Positions 63,505 to 64,000 of a stretch of DNA of 64,000 bases are shown here, in pieces; position 1 is the first letter of the stretch, and every line of letters begins with the position of its first letter. Source of the stretch: Rhina ancylostomus. Taxonomy: Eukaryota. Location: contig JARFYF010000112.1 in assembly GCA_030265395.1 (NCBI GenBank), positions 13,464,671 to 13,528,670 on the forward strand, read 5' to 3'. Made by a program: the position numbers and the translations under genes. A model generated the notes under the pieces. It was not told the DNA's origin. It ran no database searches and worked only from the letters and a program-made list of their open reading frames with translations.

Positions 63505-64000
63505 CTATAATAGAAATTACAAAATAATTTAGTGATAACCTTTTGGGGGGAAAATCAGCCAATAAGGCTGGCTAAACACAGAAGACAACTGAAAATCCAA
63601 TGGGAAAATATACATTAAAAATTACAGAGGCAAATGTTATGCAGTAAAATGTTGCACTTTAAACACAGAGTCTACATAAAAAGATACTAAGACAGGCAGT
63701 CAATTGGGTGGGCTTTATGGAGAATCTTAAAAGTGGACAGAATGAATAAACTTCACATTCAACAGCACACAATTATAGTGTGAAGTTGTTTTGATTGTGT
63801 ATGTATATCCTGCCAATCATCACTGTTCAACACATCCTGATTTACAAGTTTTCTTATCTTTGACCACAGGAATCAATTTCCCATTAAATACAAGGAGGCT
63901 GCATTAACAATAGTTACTGCCCCCTTCTGAGTGCAGCCAATTGATCCTGCCCAATGCATTATGTTTTTCACTACAATCTGCTCAGAATACTTGGACAGGA

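Overview
Vertebrate genomic DNA, most likely a cartilaginous fish (shark or ray) judging by the CR1, SacSINE/Deu-SINE, Penelope and Rex1/Babar repeat complement (inference). The window lies entirely inside a minus-strand NMDA receptor gene, GRIN2A (GluN2A). Six internal coding exons are recognisable: 593, 115, 206, ~169 (5' part inside an N gap), 154 and 126 bp. All visible splice sites are GT-AG, the junctions outside the gap are phase-compatible, and together the exons encode the ATD C-lobe, the S1 ligand-binding segment, pre-M1 and M1. The 126-bp exon is missing from the ORF track. The introns are filled with decayed transposons: CR1, L2, Rex1/Babar and RTE LINE pieces, two SINE families, two Ty3/Gypsy relics, a solo LTR with a target-site duplication, a Tigger-like MITE and many Penelope termini. 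Nearly all other listed ORFs are spurious or TE-derived. I found no convincing new multi-gene system. The best leads are substitutions at known GluN2A regulatory residues (Zn site, Cys399, M1), fossil hammerhead-like motifs in the Penelope termini, long inverted repeats and a perfect 38-bp palindrome in the intron upstream of the S1 exons. Repeat boundaries are approximate and were read by eye. Human residue numbers and exon sizes are from memory.
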